DNA of 64,000 nt. Source: an uncultured Cellvibrionales bacterium (GTDB lineage Bacteria > Pseudomonadota > Gammaproteobacteria > Pseudomonadales > CAWVSB01). This document shows positions 20,262 through 30,078 of the stretch, one piece after another. A program made the position numbers and the translations under genes. Every line of letters begins with the position of its first letter. The first letter of the stretch is position 1. Where the stretch lies: assembly GCA_963933215.1 (NCBI GenBank), contig CAWVSB010000006.1, positions 112,643-176,642 on the forward strand, given 5' to 3'. The notes beneath the pieces are model-generated. The model saw only the letters and a program-made list of their open reading frames with translations, was not told the origin of the DNA and did not search any database.

Positions 20262-20785
20262 TGACCATCAAGGGCAAAAGGATTTTCTAATGGCAACCCT
20301 TCTCGACTCATGATGTCTAGCGGCCGTTCACCTTCGCCAAACATTTGCTCTAGCTCAGCAAAATTAACTTCGCCGGCAAAATTTTCGATATCGTCTAGCA
20401 GGTAGTCGAATAAGCCACGCATATGCTCAAGCGCTACTAAACCATATTTGTCACGCTCAAACACAATCACGCTTTGGTCTTGACCAACACTAAAATCGGC
20501 TTCCGATTGTCCATTTATAGTTGGCGTAAAAACAATGCAACAGTCCAGCGCACTATCAACGGTAATATCAACACGTACATTCTCTGGAATAAATTCCTCA
20601 CCACCTAAACCGTAATCTTTATCGGTTTCAGCAAAGATTAACCGCAGCTCATCTACCAGCTCAGTAACCGCTACTCGTGCCTCTTCAAATGAATGATGAG
20701 CCAAAACACCAACATGCGGCATTTGTTCGCCATCGGCTAAAGGCTGCTGGCCCCAGTCGTCTTCAAAATCGTAATCATCATCCAC
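20255..20785 (-). CDS. Hypothetical, strongly acidic protein
   Basis: 176-aa ORF. By my count about 42 D/E against about 9 K/R. No signal peptide. Its stop overlaps the dinG start region. I recognise no family. Confidence 0.6.
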   Translation of the reverse strand: MDDDYDFEDDWGQQPLADGEQMPHVGVLAHHSFEEARVAVTELVDELRLIFAETDKDYGLGGEEFIPENVRVDITVDSALDCCIVFTPTINGQSEADFSVGQDQSVIVFERDKYGLVALEHMRGLFDYLLDDIENFAGEVNFAELEQMFGEGERPLDIMSREGLPLENPFALDGHW

Positions 20786-20795
20786 GTTTGATAGC

Positions 20796-21986
20796 CTAGG
20801 TTAGCGGGTTTGGCATAAAGCCAAAGTCAATTTTTTGCTGTATACAGTTTGCATAGTTTTGCAAAAAATATGGTTTGTGTTCTGTCGCAATTGCAGACAA
20901 ACGTGCATAAAACTTGCGTGCTTCAGCTTTTAGCTTACTACTATTAAAGGGAATATTGGCGGCAGAATAATTTCCTATTGGATAAACACCATGCAGTTCT
21001 TTGTAAGCGAAGAAGTTACTAGGGTGCAGCACATAATTAGAAAATATCTGCCTATCAACTTCCGCTGCGACTAGCTCAGGGGTATCAAAATCACCAAGCA
21101 TTGGCTGGCCAAAAGCGATATGCACATTACCTTTATTGCCTTCAATACTAACGGCAATACTGTTTACATCTTCCTGTTTCGCTTTTTGATACTGTCCTTC
21201 CGAGTGCTTAATATAAAGCTCTTTCGCTTTATCACCATCACAGGGGTCGTACTCATAGGAGATGGCAACTGGCACTATATTCAGCTTGCGGACAAAGTCG
21301 GCGAAGATGTCAGTCTTGCGGTCAAAATTCATGGTGAGCATTTTAATAATAGCGGGAATGGTGCCATCCAAGCCATTTTTTGCTCGACCTTCGCGCTGTG
21401 CTATCCAGATACCGACTCTATCCTCAGACAGTGATTTTGAGATATAAGCCGACAGTTGCTTGTAGGCGGCTAATATTTTTCGCGGACCTACAGCAGAGCG
21501 ATTAACGATAAAGCTTTTATTAAGCCGCATAATGTCGGACACGTAATCTTTGGTAAGTAGATTATCACCAATGGCAATGCGCAATGTGTCATGCCCATTT
21601 TGATACATAGTATAAGTTAGCAATGCTGGGTCCATAGCAATATCACGATGATTGCTCATGTATAGATATGCTATTGAAGAGTCTAAACTGTCTAAGCCGC
21701 TATGCGTAACGCTGGTAGTAGTGGCATCAATCATCTTTGTCATATAACCCTCAACCACTAGTTGAAAGTCATGCACGTTAGTAATCGGCTTTATTTGCTT
21801 ACCCAGATACCACTTTGCTAGCGGCTTTAATAGCCAGCCAAAAACGGGCGCAAGGCGCGGATATTTGTAATTTACAATGGTGGCAATTAGCTCTTCATGC
21901 TGAGCTAATTTAGCCAGAATAGGCTCAACCTCAGAATCATTATAAGGTCTAATATTTTTAAATTGATCATCAGATACTACTGTCAC
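20796..21986 (-). CDS. PlsB/PlsC-superfamily acyltransferase-like protein
   Basis: 396 aa with acyltransferase blocks in PlsB-like order: SNHRDIAMDP (block I), KSFIVNRS (block II) and QREGRAKNG (block III). Confidence 0.65.
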   Translation of the reverse strand: MTVVSDDQFKNIRPYNDSEVEPILAKLAQHEELIATIVNYKYPRLAPVFGWLLKPLAKWYLGKQIKPITNVHDFQLVVEGYMTKMIDATTTSVTHSGLDSLDSSIAYLYMSNHRDIAMDPALLTYTMYQNGHDTLRIAIGDNLLTKDYVSDIMRLNKSFIVNRSAVGPRKILAAYKQLSAYISKSLSEDRVGIWIAQREGRAKNGLDGTIPAIIKMLTMNFDRKTDIFADFVRKLNIVPVAISYEYDPCDGDKAKELYIKHSEGQYQKAKQEDVNSIAVSIEGNKGNVHIAFGQPMLGDFDTPELVAAEVDRQIFSNYVLHPSNFFAYKELHGVYPIGNYSAANIPFNSSKLKAEARKFYARLSAIATEHKPYFLQNYANCIQQKIDFGFMPNPLT

Positions 21987-22188
21987 TTCTATGCACCGAT
22001 TACGTTATGTTAACTGCGCGTATTTTAGTCATCTGAAGGCTAACTGGCCACGTAAATATGTAACTTTATTTTAGTGAGTTAACAATCTATTATACGCCTT
22101 AATAAAGACTGAAGAGCTAACACGACGAACTTGTTAGCGCTAATATGGTCTGAAGCGTATATTGCCCAGTAATAACAAGGAATTAATA

Positions 22189-22770
22189 GTGAGTTTTATT
22201 AGCAAAATTTTTACTAGCCTGTTAACTGCAGCGGCCCTTAGCGCCTGCTCTAACCTGACTATTAGCACTGACTATGACGTGAACCATGACTTTTCAGCTT
22301 ATACCACCTATCAGTGGCATCCGTCCGGGCCGCCTCAAACTGACGATTTAAATAATATGGGCAGTGATATATTTGACCGTCGACTCACTCGCTTAGCTGA
22401 GCAAAAGCTAGCCGCCAAAGGAATTACTAAGGGAGATACGCCGCAATTTTACATTAATTACTCAGTTGTAACCAAAGAACGGATGTCTATGCAAACTTTT
22501 ACTTCTGGTTTTGGCGCCGGTTCTTTTAACAATAATTTTTATGGCGGTGGTATTGGTATTGGTGGTGGTGGTGGTGGTTTCTCGGATACTCGCGTTAGGT
22601 ATTACATCCAAGGGACTGTCGTTGTAGATATAATAGACGCCAACAAAAACCTATTAGTATGGCGCAGCAGCTCAGCATCAAGGCTTAAACCTGATTTAAC
22701 ACCACAACAAAACGAAGCCGATATGAGTGAAATTTTAGATGAGATATTGGCTGATTTCCCTCCGCAGTAA
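22189..22770 (+). CDS. DUF4136-family outer-membrane lipoprotein
   Basis: Lipoprotein signal VSFISKIFTSLLTAAALSAC after RBS AAGGA. The DYD...F..YTTYQW motif is typical of DUF4136. Has an internal Gly-rich loop. I prefer GTG 22189 over TTG 22162. Confidence 0.7.
   Translation: MSFISKIFTSLLTAAALSACSNLTISTDYDVNHDFSAYTTYQWHPSGPPQTDDLNNMGSDIFDRRLTRLAEQKLAAKGITKGDTPQFYINYSVVTKERMSMQTFTSGFGAGSFNNNFYGGGIGIGGGGGGFSDTRVRYYIQGTVVVDIIDANKNLLVWRSSSASRLKPDLTPQQNEADMSEILDEILADFPPQ
22561..22578 (+). repeat. (GGT)6 trinucleotide repeat encoding a Gly6 run
   Basis: Six perfect tandem GGT units inside the DUF4136 lipoprotein gene. Confidence 0.9.
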
Positions 22771-22793
22771 CAGCAGTACGTTACTGCTTTTTT
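22764..22793 (+). terminator. Rho-independent terminator after the DUF4136 gene
   Basis: 8-bp stem gcagtaac/gttactgc followed by TTTTTT. Confidence 0.7.
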
Positions 22794-22953
22794 AACCAAC
22801 TTATGCTACGATTCTCGCCGTATATTGGGCGTGGCTCGTCTCCCCCCAATGTGCGCTATAAGACTTATCGTCAAGTGGCACATTTATTATCGAACCTTTG
22901 GGGCTGTTCCCCGTCTTTGGCTTTATTTGGCCTTTAAATTTACGGACTTAATC

Positions 22954-23220
22954 ATGCAAAAACTTAGTTTCTTAATAGCGGTAACGCTGTTTTCAGGTGT
23001 AGCCTTGGCTGCCAAACCAACCAGCGTTAATTTCGACAGTTATGGCGCAACTGATGCTGGCGTTGAGTACGCAAATTATTTTACCAAATGCTCTAATGGC
23101 AAAGCTAAACCTTTAACTGTTTGGGATAATCGTCGCAAATGGTGTGTCGGTGAAGATTCCACCGAAAACTGTCATAAAAAACAGTTAAAAGCTGCGAAAC
23201 AAGCCTGCAAAATGAAGTAG
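22954..23220 (+). CDS. Small secreted protein with four cysteines, unknown function
   Basis: 88 aa from ATG 22954, with a classical signal peptide (MQKLSFLIAVTLFSGVALA). A strong terminator follows. The upstream part of the track ORF (from 22825) looks non-coding. Confidence 0.6.
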   Translation: MQKLSFLIAVTLFSGVALAAKPTSVNFDSYGATDAGVEYANYFTKCSNGKAKPLTVWDNRRKWCVGEDSTENCHKKQLKAAKQACKMK

Positions 23221-23237
23221 GTTAAATATTATTTGAA

Positions 23238-23264
23238 AGCCCACCGGCAAGTGGGCTTTTTTTT
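23238..23264 (+). terminator. Rho-independent terminator
   Basis: Stem agcccac/gtgggct with a 6-nt loop, followed by a T run. Confidence 0.75.
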
Positions 23265-23291
23265 ATCTGCCTATCCAGCTCAGCAAGACGA

Positions 23292-24317
23292 CTAACGATG
23301 TAAATATTTTAACTTCAACTGCTTAATGTCGGCCTTGGATAAGCCTAAGGCTTGCTGAAAATAAGCCTCGATATTGCCATAAACCTGATCCAGTGCATTA
23401 AACGCTGCATCGATATATTCAGGTCTTACTGCAAACATTGGCCGCAAGATAGCGCGGTCAATATTACTAGGAAAATAATCGGCGTAGGTATTAAGCATGT
23501 TGGATATTTCATCCTCAATAGGCAGATACTTATTACTCAACATATAATCAATTAACACGCTAGATCGACTGACGCCAAGAGCTGCCAATATCAAGGCTGA
23601 GCCAAACCCAGTTCGATCCTTTCCTGCCGCGCAATGAATTAGCACTGAGTCGGTGTTATCTAATAATAAGCCGGCAAACATTTGCTGGTATTGGGCAGTT
23701 TGATTCAACGCCAAGTCGACATTTAACTCTATCATAAACTTAGTCATTTGCTCTGCATCCGCATTGCCGCTGACAACCCTGTCAAAAAAACTATCGCCAC
23801 TGCCAGGAATAATTGCCAAGTTAATAGTTTCAGCATTGCTGCCAGAGTAGCGACTGGGCGCCCGCTCACGCTCATCATCGCGCCTAAAGTCATAGATTAG
23901 CGACAGACTAAGCCGATCCATCAGCATTGTATCTCGGCGACTTAACTCACTTAACTTGCCACTGCGATACAGCGCACCCCAGCGCACCTTAGCGCCAGTT
24001 TCTGTATCATAGCCACCCATATCCCGAAAATTATGCACGCCTTCCATTGCTATACAGCGCTCGGTTGCTACGCCGCTATAGTCTGCGCTTTCAAGATAAA
24101 AGTAGTGTCGAGCATGCCAATTTAAATCATCAAGAACTACTATCGAGTCATCGGTTTCAATAACAAACTCAGATGACTCCAAGGACTGCGCATCTTCAGC
24201 AACATGAATTTTAACCGGTTTACCTCCCGCCCATAAGTTGATATCCAAGGTATATTCACCGGTTAACTGACGCTCAACCTTTACTTCATCCGCAGGAGTG
24301 AAAATGGGCATAAACAA
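23292..24317 (-). CDS. Protein-tyrosine phosphatase family protein (Y_phosphatase3-like)
   Basis: 341 aa with the CX5R P-loop HCAAGKDRTG. An N-terminal extension of about 95 aa precedes the phosphatase domain. Confidence 0.8.
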   Translation of the reverse strand: MFMPIFTPADEVKVERQLTGEYTLDINLWAGGKPVKIHVAEDAQSLESSEFVIETDDSIVVLDDLNWHARHYFYLESADYSGVATERCIAMEGVHNFRDMGGYDTETGAKVRWGALYRSGKLSELSRRDTMLMDRLSLSLIYDFRRDDERERAPSRYSGSNAETINLAIIPGSGDSFFDRVVSGNADAEQMTKFMIELNVDLALNQTAQYQQMFAGLLLDNTDSVLIHCAAGKDRTGFGSALILAALGVSRSSVLIDYMLSNKYLPIEDEISNMLNTYADYFPSNIDRAILRPMFAVRPEYIDAAFNALDQVYGNIEAYFQQALGLSKADIKQLKLKYLHR

Positions 24318-24413
24318 CTCATAAAAAAATTTATGGAATACAAAAAAACTATTTTAAAACACACAGCCAGAATACCCATTATTGCAATCGAAAGCGGCAT
24401 ACCTTGTCACAAA

Positions 24414-24442
24414 TTGACAAATATGAGGATCTCAATTAATAA
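24414..24442 (+). promoter_or_regulatory. Candidate sigma70 promoter for the SnoaL-like/dgkA pair, overlapping an inverted repeat
   Basis: TTGACA (24414-24419), a 17-nt spacer, then TAATAA (24437-24442). The -35 element is part of the inverted repeat TTGTCA-N5-TGACAA (24404-24420). Confidence 0.35.
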
Positions 24443-24506
24443 GCTATTAAACCTTTAACAATGCGTTAATATAGTAACTAATAAAAACAGATACTGGCAT
24501 CGCCTT

Positions 24507-24965
24507 ATGCTTCAACCTTACCATCAGATTATGCATCTACTGCATGTGTATGCCGAATATATTGATAATGGGGACTTTGCCGACTTGGGAGAACTATTTG
24601 TTTATGGCCAAGTGGTGAGTAATAACGGCGAAAATATTGTCGCTGGCAAAAATGCCGTAATAAATATGTATAAAAGTGCCACCAGAATTTATCCTGATAG
24701 CGGTACGCCCCATACTCAGCATATCGTCAGTAATATAAGTATCAACATTGACGGCGATAGCAGCCACGCCACTGCTAAAAGTCGTTTTACCGTATACCAG
24801 CAATTACCCGACTTCCCTTTACAAACTATCATCGCTGGGCGCTATGAAGATAGCTTCCAGTTAATCGATGCCCAATGGTGGTTTAAAGAAAGGCATATTC
24901 AGCCAGAGCTGTATGGTGATTTAAGCCGACATCTATTATTTGATCCTGAGGAACTACAACGATAA
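24507..24965 (+). CDS. SnoaL-like / NTF2-fold protein
   Basis: 152 aa. The N-terminal I..L...YA..ID.GDF..L..LF pattern is typical of SnoaL_4/NTF2-like proteins. Confidence 0.6.
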   Translation: MLQPYHQIMHLLHVYAEYIDNGDFADLGELFVYGQVVSNNGENIVAGKNAVINMYKSATRIYPDSGTPHTQHIVSNISINIDGDSSHATAKSRFTVYQQLPDFPLQTIIAGRYEDSFQLIDAQWWFKERHIQPELYGDLSRHLLFDPEELQR

Positions 24966-24967
24966 TC

Positions 24968-25363
24968 ATGCAAGCTGATCAACAAAAAAGGCTAAACAAA
25001 CCCGCTGCTAAAGGGCTAAAAAGACTGGCCAATGCCGCAATTTATTCCAAACAAGGGGTTATTGCGACTTGGAAAAGTGAAGAAGCATTCCGCCTTGACG
25101 TGTGGTTATTCCTAATCCTTACACCAGTGGCATTTTGGCTAGGGCAAACAGGCTTAGAGCAAGCGGTATTAATGATTTGCTTAGTGTTAGTCATTCTGTG
25201 CGAACTAATCAATTCGGCATTAGAAGCAATAGTAGACAGAATTAGTGATGAGTTACACCCCCTTGCAGGCATGGCCAAGGATATAGGCTCCGCATTAGTA
25301 CTCATCTCATGCGCGCTGACTGTTTTGGTATGGGGCCTGATCGCTTGGGATCATTTTCTATAA
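24968..25363 (+). CDS. dgkA: Diacylglycerol kinase
   Basis: 131 aa, three TM segments, with AA.YS..G........E.AFR and ELINSA.EA.VDRIS motifs of DgkA. Confidence 0.9.
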   Translation: MQADQQKRLNKPAAKGLKRLANAAIYSKQGVIATWKSEEAFRLDVWLFLILTPVAFWLGQTGLEQAVLMICLVLVILCELINSALEAIVDRISDELHPLAGMAKDIGSALVLISCALTVLVWGLIAWDHFL

Positions 25364-25416
25364 ACTGACAAAAATCCAAATATCGGAGTAAACAACGCCG
25401 TATCGGTTGACAACGC

Positions 25417-25445
25417 CGACTCAAACTACAATAATGCCGCTCCTT
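25417..25445 (+). promoter_or_regulatory. Candidate sigma70 promoter of rpsT
   Basis: TTGACA (25417-25422), a 17-nt spacer, then AATAAT (25440-25445), about 45 nt upstream of the rpsT start. Confidence 0.45.
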
Positions 25446-25491
25446 TGATTTCAGACCTTGATTTCAATACTAGATTATGAGGATTTAAACG

Positions 25492-25755
25492 GTGGCTAAT
25501 ACTCCACAGGCTCGCAAGCGAGTTCGTCAATCAGAGAAACGTCGCGGTCACAATGCTGGCTTCCGATCAATGGTTCGTACCTATATTAAGAAAGTTATCG
25601 CGGCAATTGAAAGCGGTGATAAAGCTAAGGCTCAAGAAGCTTATAATGAAGCTGTGCCGGTAATTGACAGCATGGCCGATAAAGGGATTTTGCACAAAAA
25701 CAAAGCTGCTCGTCATAAAAGCCGCTTGAATGCTAAAGTTAAAGCATTGGCTTAA
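25492..25755 (+). CDS. rpsT: 30S ribosomal protein S20
   Basis: 87 aa. [18 protein letters not shown]... is a full-length S20 match. GTG start. Confidence 0.96.
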   Translation: MANTPQARKRVRQSEKRRGHNAGFRSMVRTYIKKVIAAIESGDKAKAQEAYNEAVPVIDSMADKGILHKNKAARHKSRLNAKVKALA

Positions 25756-25771
25756 TTAATGCTAGACAGTG

Positions 25772-25797
25772 AAAACCGGCGGTAGCCGGTTTTTTTT
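25772..25797 (+). terminator. Rho-independent terminator after rpsT
   Basis: Stem aaccggc/gccggtt with a 4-nt loop and a T7-8 run. Confidence 0.8.
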
Positions 25798-25818
25798 AAT
25801 TGAAAATCAATATGTTAG

Positions 25819-26946
25819 CTAGATTAATACCAAGTTATCACGATGAATCAACTCATCCTGATCACGATAGCCTAGAATATCTTCGAATTGAGCAGAGTGC
25901 ATACCGGCAATCTTTCCTGCCTCGATGCTACTATAATTAACAATTCCCTTGGCAATCTCTCGGCCGCCAGAGTCAACACAAAGCACTATCTCGCCACGAT
26001 CAAATTGCCCTTTAACTTCAGTTACGCCAACCGCTAATAAACTACCGCCAGCACCCTTAAGCACTTGGGCCGCTCCGTCATCAAGCAATAAGCTGCCATT
26101 CACTGCAGAATGTACTGCCAACCAGTGTTTGCGCGCCGCACCTTCAGACCCTGCAGTTAATAATGTCCCCACCAGCTTGCCGCTGGCGACGTCGGTTAAT
26201 ATAGTAGATTTTTTGCCATCGACAATAATTGTGTCAGTACCAGAGCGAGAAGCCAACCGCGCCGCCTTTATCTTTGTCGCCATACCGCCCTGGCCTAAAT
26301 GACCCTTACTCGCACCGGCATAACCTAGCAACGCCTCGTCATCCGCTACCGCTTGAGATATTAGCTTAGCATTGGGATTATCTCTGGGGTCACTATCAAA
26401 CAAGCCTTGTTGATCCGTTAGGATTAACAGTAAATCGGCATCAATCAAGTTGGCCACCATCGCAGCCAAGGTGTCATTATCTCCAAAACGAAATTCGTCT
26501 GTCACTACGGTGTCATTTTCGTTTACCACCGGCACAACACCAAGTTCAATCAGGGTATTGATGGCACTGCGAGCATTTAGATAACGCTGGCGATGAGACA
26601 GATCATCGTGCACTAATAAGATTTGCGCTGTGTGCATACTATGGCGTGCAAATGCAGCCTCCCATGTTTGCACCAAACCCATTTGCCCAACTGCCGCCGC
26701 GGCCTGCAAATGATGTATTGCAGTAGGACGCTCTGACCAACCAAGACGAGTCATGCCAGCGGCAACAGCACCGGAAGAAACAATCACTAATTCAATACCA
26801 CCTGCTGATAACTTCGCTAAACGATCTACCCATTGATTAATGAGCTGCGCGTTCAAACCACGACCATCATCAGTTAGCAAGGCGCTGCCAATCTTCACCA
26901 CCCAACGTTTAGCCGATATTATTGAATCTCTTTCAGACATTGTCAT
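25819..26946 (-). CDS. proB: Glutamate 5-kinase
   Basis: 375 aa. Amino-acid kinase domain (VVKIGS..LT) plus a C-terminal PUA domain. Sits in the conserved obg-proB position. Confidence 0.93.
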   Translation of the reverse strand: MTMSERDSIISAKRWVVKIGSALLTDDGRGLNAQLINQWVDRLAKLSAGGIELVIVSSGAVAAGMTRLGWSERPTAIHHLQAAAAVGQMGLVQTWEAAFARHSMHTAQILLVHDDLSHRQRYLNARSAINTLIELGVVPVVNENDTVVTDEFRFGDNDTLAAMVANLIDADLLLILTDQQGLFDSDPRDNPNAKLISQAVADDEALLGYAGASKGHLGQGGMATKIKAARLASRSGTDTIIVDGKKSTILTDVASGKLVGTLLTAGSEGAARKHWLAVHSAVNGSLLLDDGAAQVLKGAGGSLLAVGVTEVKGQFDRGEIVLCVDSGGREIAKGIVNYSSIEAGKIAGMHSAQFEDILGYRDQDELIHRDNLVLI

Positions 26947-26956
26947 TTAAGCCATT

Positions 26957-28168
<1,212 letters not shown>

Positions 28169-28201
28169 TCAACTCCGGCTAATTTCAATGCAGCTTAACG
28201 T

Positions 28202-28229
28202 AAAAAGCCCCGTATTGGACGGGGCTTTT
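28202..28229 (-). terminator. Hairpin terminator/attenuator between rpmA and obg
   Basis: 10-bp stem aaagccccgt/acggggcttt with a 5-nt loop, and a T5 run on the minus strand. Confidence 0.65.
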
Positions 28230-28250
28230 AGATTTTAGATTATGTTGCTG

Positions 28251-28508
28251 TTAAGCCATCACAACATTTATAAATTTGCGATTTTTAGGGCCTTTAACAA
28301 CAAACTCTACCTTGCCAGCCTCGGTAGCGAAGATAGTGTGGTCTTTACCACAACCTACGTTCACTCCCGGGTGAAAACGAGTTCCACGTTGACGAACGAT
28401 AATGTTACCAGCCGCTACTACTTGACCGCCAAAACGCTTAACACCTAGGCGCTTGGACTCGGAATCGCGACCGTTATTAGTACTACCACCTGCTTTCTTA
28501 TGAGCCAT
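28251..28508 (-). CDS. rpmA: 50S ribosomal protein L27
   Basis: 85 aa. [19 protein letters not shown] is a full-length L27 match. Confidence 0.97.
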   Translation of the reverse strand: MAHKKAGGSTNNGRDSESKRLGVKRFGGQVVAAGNIIVRQRGTRFHPGVNVGCGKDHTIFATEAGKVEFVVKGPKNRKFINVVMA

Positions 28509-28528
28509 TTTACTCTCCTAAACTTAGC

Positions 28529-28840
28529 TTAGCCGGTAATACCGGTAATTTTAACTTCGGTATACCACTGACGGTGACCGGCACGCTTCATGTGATGCTT
28601 ACGACGCTTGAACTTGATAATGTTCACTTTTTTGTGTCTAGCTTGGTCGATAACTTCTGCGGTAACTTTAGCTCCAGCCACTACTGGCTCGCCAATTTTT
28701 ACGCTATCGCCTTCACCAACCAACAAAACTTCGTCAAATTCGATAGTAGCACCAGTCTCAACTTCAATCTTTTCAAGCTTTAAAGTCTCGCCTTCTACTA
28801 CTCGGTGCTGTTTACCACCACTTTTTATTACTGCGTACAT
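28529..28840 (-). CDS. rplU: 50S ribosomal protein L21
   Basis: 103 aa. [14 protein letters not shown] is a full-length L21 match. Confidence 0.97.
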   Translation of the reverse strand: MYAVIKSGGKQHRVVEGETLKLEKIEVETGATIEFDEVLLVGEGDSVKIGEPVVAGAKVTAEVIDQARHKKVNIIKFKRRKHHMKRAGHRQWYTEVKITGITG

Positions 28841-28946
28841 ATTAACTCCGCGTCAGTTAGCCTGCTTGCAAATATGGGATCTTACGGCGCAAGTCCAGGC
28901 ACTCAATTCTTGGTATCTGACTAAATTGAGTTTGTCAGGGGCGCAA

Positions 28947-28975
28947 ATTATATAGATACAAATGATTGGAAGCAA
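28947..28975 (-). promoter_or_regulatory. Candidate sigma70 promoter of rplU-rpmA with a GC-rich discriminator
   Basis: On the minus strand: TTGCTT (28970-28975), a 17-nt spacer, TATAAT (28947-28952), then TTGCGCCCC. A leader of about 100 nt contains the hairpin actcaatt/aattgagt (28901-28931). Confidence 0.5.
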
Positions 28976-29085
28976 CTGTTTGAATAGCTTTTATGTTACG
29001 CTGCACCCTTACTTGACAGGCATGGCATGACTTTCTAGCATGCACCTCGTTTTGATAAAAACCTCTGCATGGAAACCATCAATTA

Positions 29086-30048
29086 ATGCAAGCAATACGT
29101 AATGCTGTTGCCGAAGAATTCGAGATAGTTAATCAATTAGTTATAGCCGAATTACACTCTGAAGTAGCGCTGGTAGAAAGCATAGGCCACTATATTATTG
29201 ATGCTGGTGGCAAGCGACTGCGACCACTGCTGGTCTTACTATGCGGCAAAGCATTGAAAGGCAGCACCCAAGATATAGCCCAATTTGCAGCAGTAGTGGA
29301 GTTCATTCACACGGCAACCCTACTACATGACGATGTTGTGGATATTTCTTCGCTAAGGCGCGGCCGCCCAACCGCTAATGCCGAATGGGGCAATGCCCCC
29401 AGCGTGCTAGTTGGTGACTTTATTTATTCGCGCGCATTTCAACTTATGGTGCGGATGGGCAACATGGACATTATGGCACTAATGGCTGATACCACTAATA
29501 GAATCGCTGAAGGGGAAGTATTACAACTGGAACGAGCTGGCAAGCCAGATACATCTGAAGATGCCTACTTCCGTATTATTGAGCAAAAAACAGCAGTACT
29601 TTTTCAAGCCGCTACCCAAGGGGCAGCGATTCTGGCTAACTGCGATCAACAGACTCAACAAGCCGCAAAGAGCTACGGCCACCACTTAGGAATGGCCTTT
29701 CAGTTAATTGATGACGTGCTTGACTATACTGGTGACGCTGCAGCTATGGGTAAAAATGTTGGTGATGACTTAAACGAAGGCAAGCCAACTCTGCCCCTAA
29801 TACATGCGATGCAACATGGGTCTGTGCTGCAAAAAGAGCTTATCTACAATGCAATTGAATCCAAAAGTAGTGAAAATATAGCTGAGATAATTATAGCAGT
29901 GAACAATACCGGGGCAGTTGAATACACCAAAAGCATAGCCTTAGCCCATAGAGATAAAGCGATAGCAAGCATTGCTAATTTTGCCGAATGCGAGCAAACA
30001 ATACAAATGCATAGACTAGCCGATCTAGCAGTACAGCGAGATCGTTAA
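29086..30048 (+). CDS. ispB: Octaprenyl-diphosphate synthase
   Basis: 320 aa with two aspartate-rich motifs (LLHDDVVD, LIDDVLD). Divergent from rplU, as in many gammaproteobacteria. Confidence 0.92.
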   Translation: MQAIRNAVAEEFEIVNQLVIAELHSEVALVESIGHYIIDAGGKRLRPLLVLLCGKALKGSTQDIAQFAAVVEFIHTATLLHDDVVDISSLRRGRPTANAEWGNAPSVLVGDFIYSRAFQLMVRMGNMDIMALMADTTNRIAEGEVLQLERAGKPDTSEDAYFRIIEQKTAVLFQAATQGAAILANCDQQTQQAAKSYGHHLGMAFQLIDDVLDYTGDAAAMGKNVGDDLNEGKPTLPLIHAMQHGSVLQKELIYNAIESKSSENIAEIIIAVNNTGAVEYTKSIALAHRDKAIASIANFAECEQTIQMHRLADLAVQRDR

Positions 30049-30078
30049 CCTTAAGCTACTTTTATATTAGGACGCTAT

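Noticed and set aside
22825-22953. N-terminal 43-codon extension of the ORF 22825-23220.
   Set aside because: The extension starts at a non-ATG codon, has no RBS and gives an odd sequence. The internal ATG at 22954 gives a clean signal peptide.
28608-28955. Long ORFs antisense to, or out of frame with, strongly supported genes. Examples: 28608-28955 and 28574-28783 opposite rplU; 4661-5074 and 4767-5012 inside the peroxidase gene; 39595-40017 opposite the MFS gene; many within the ribosomal operons.
   Set aside because: Each lies entirely within a gene that has a full-length, recognisable product on the other strand or frame. Their translations are low-complexity with no motifs. These are typical shadow ORFs.
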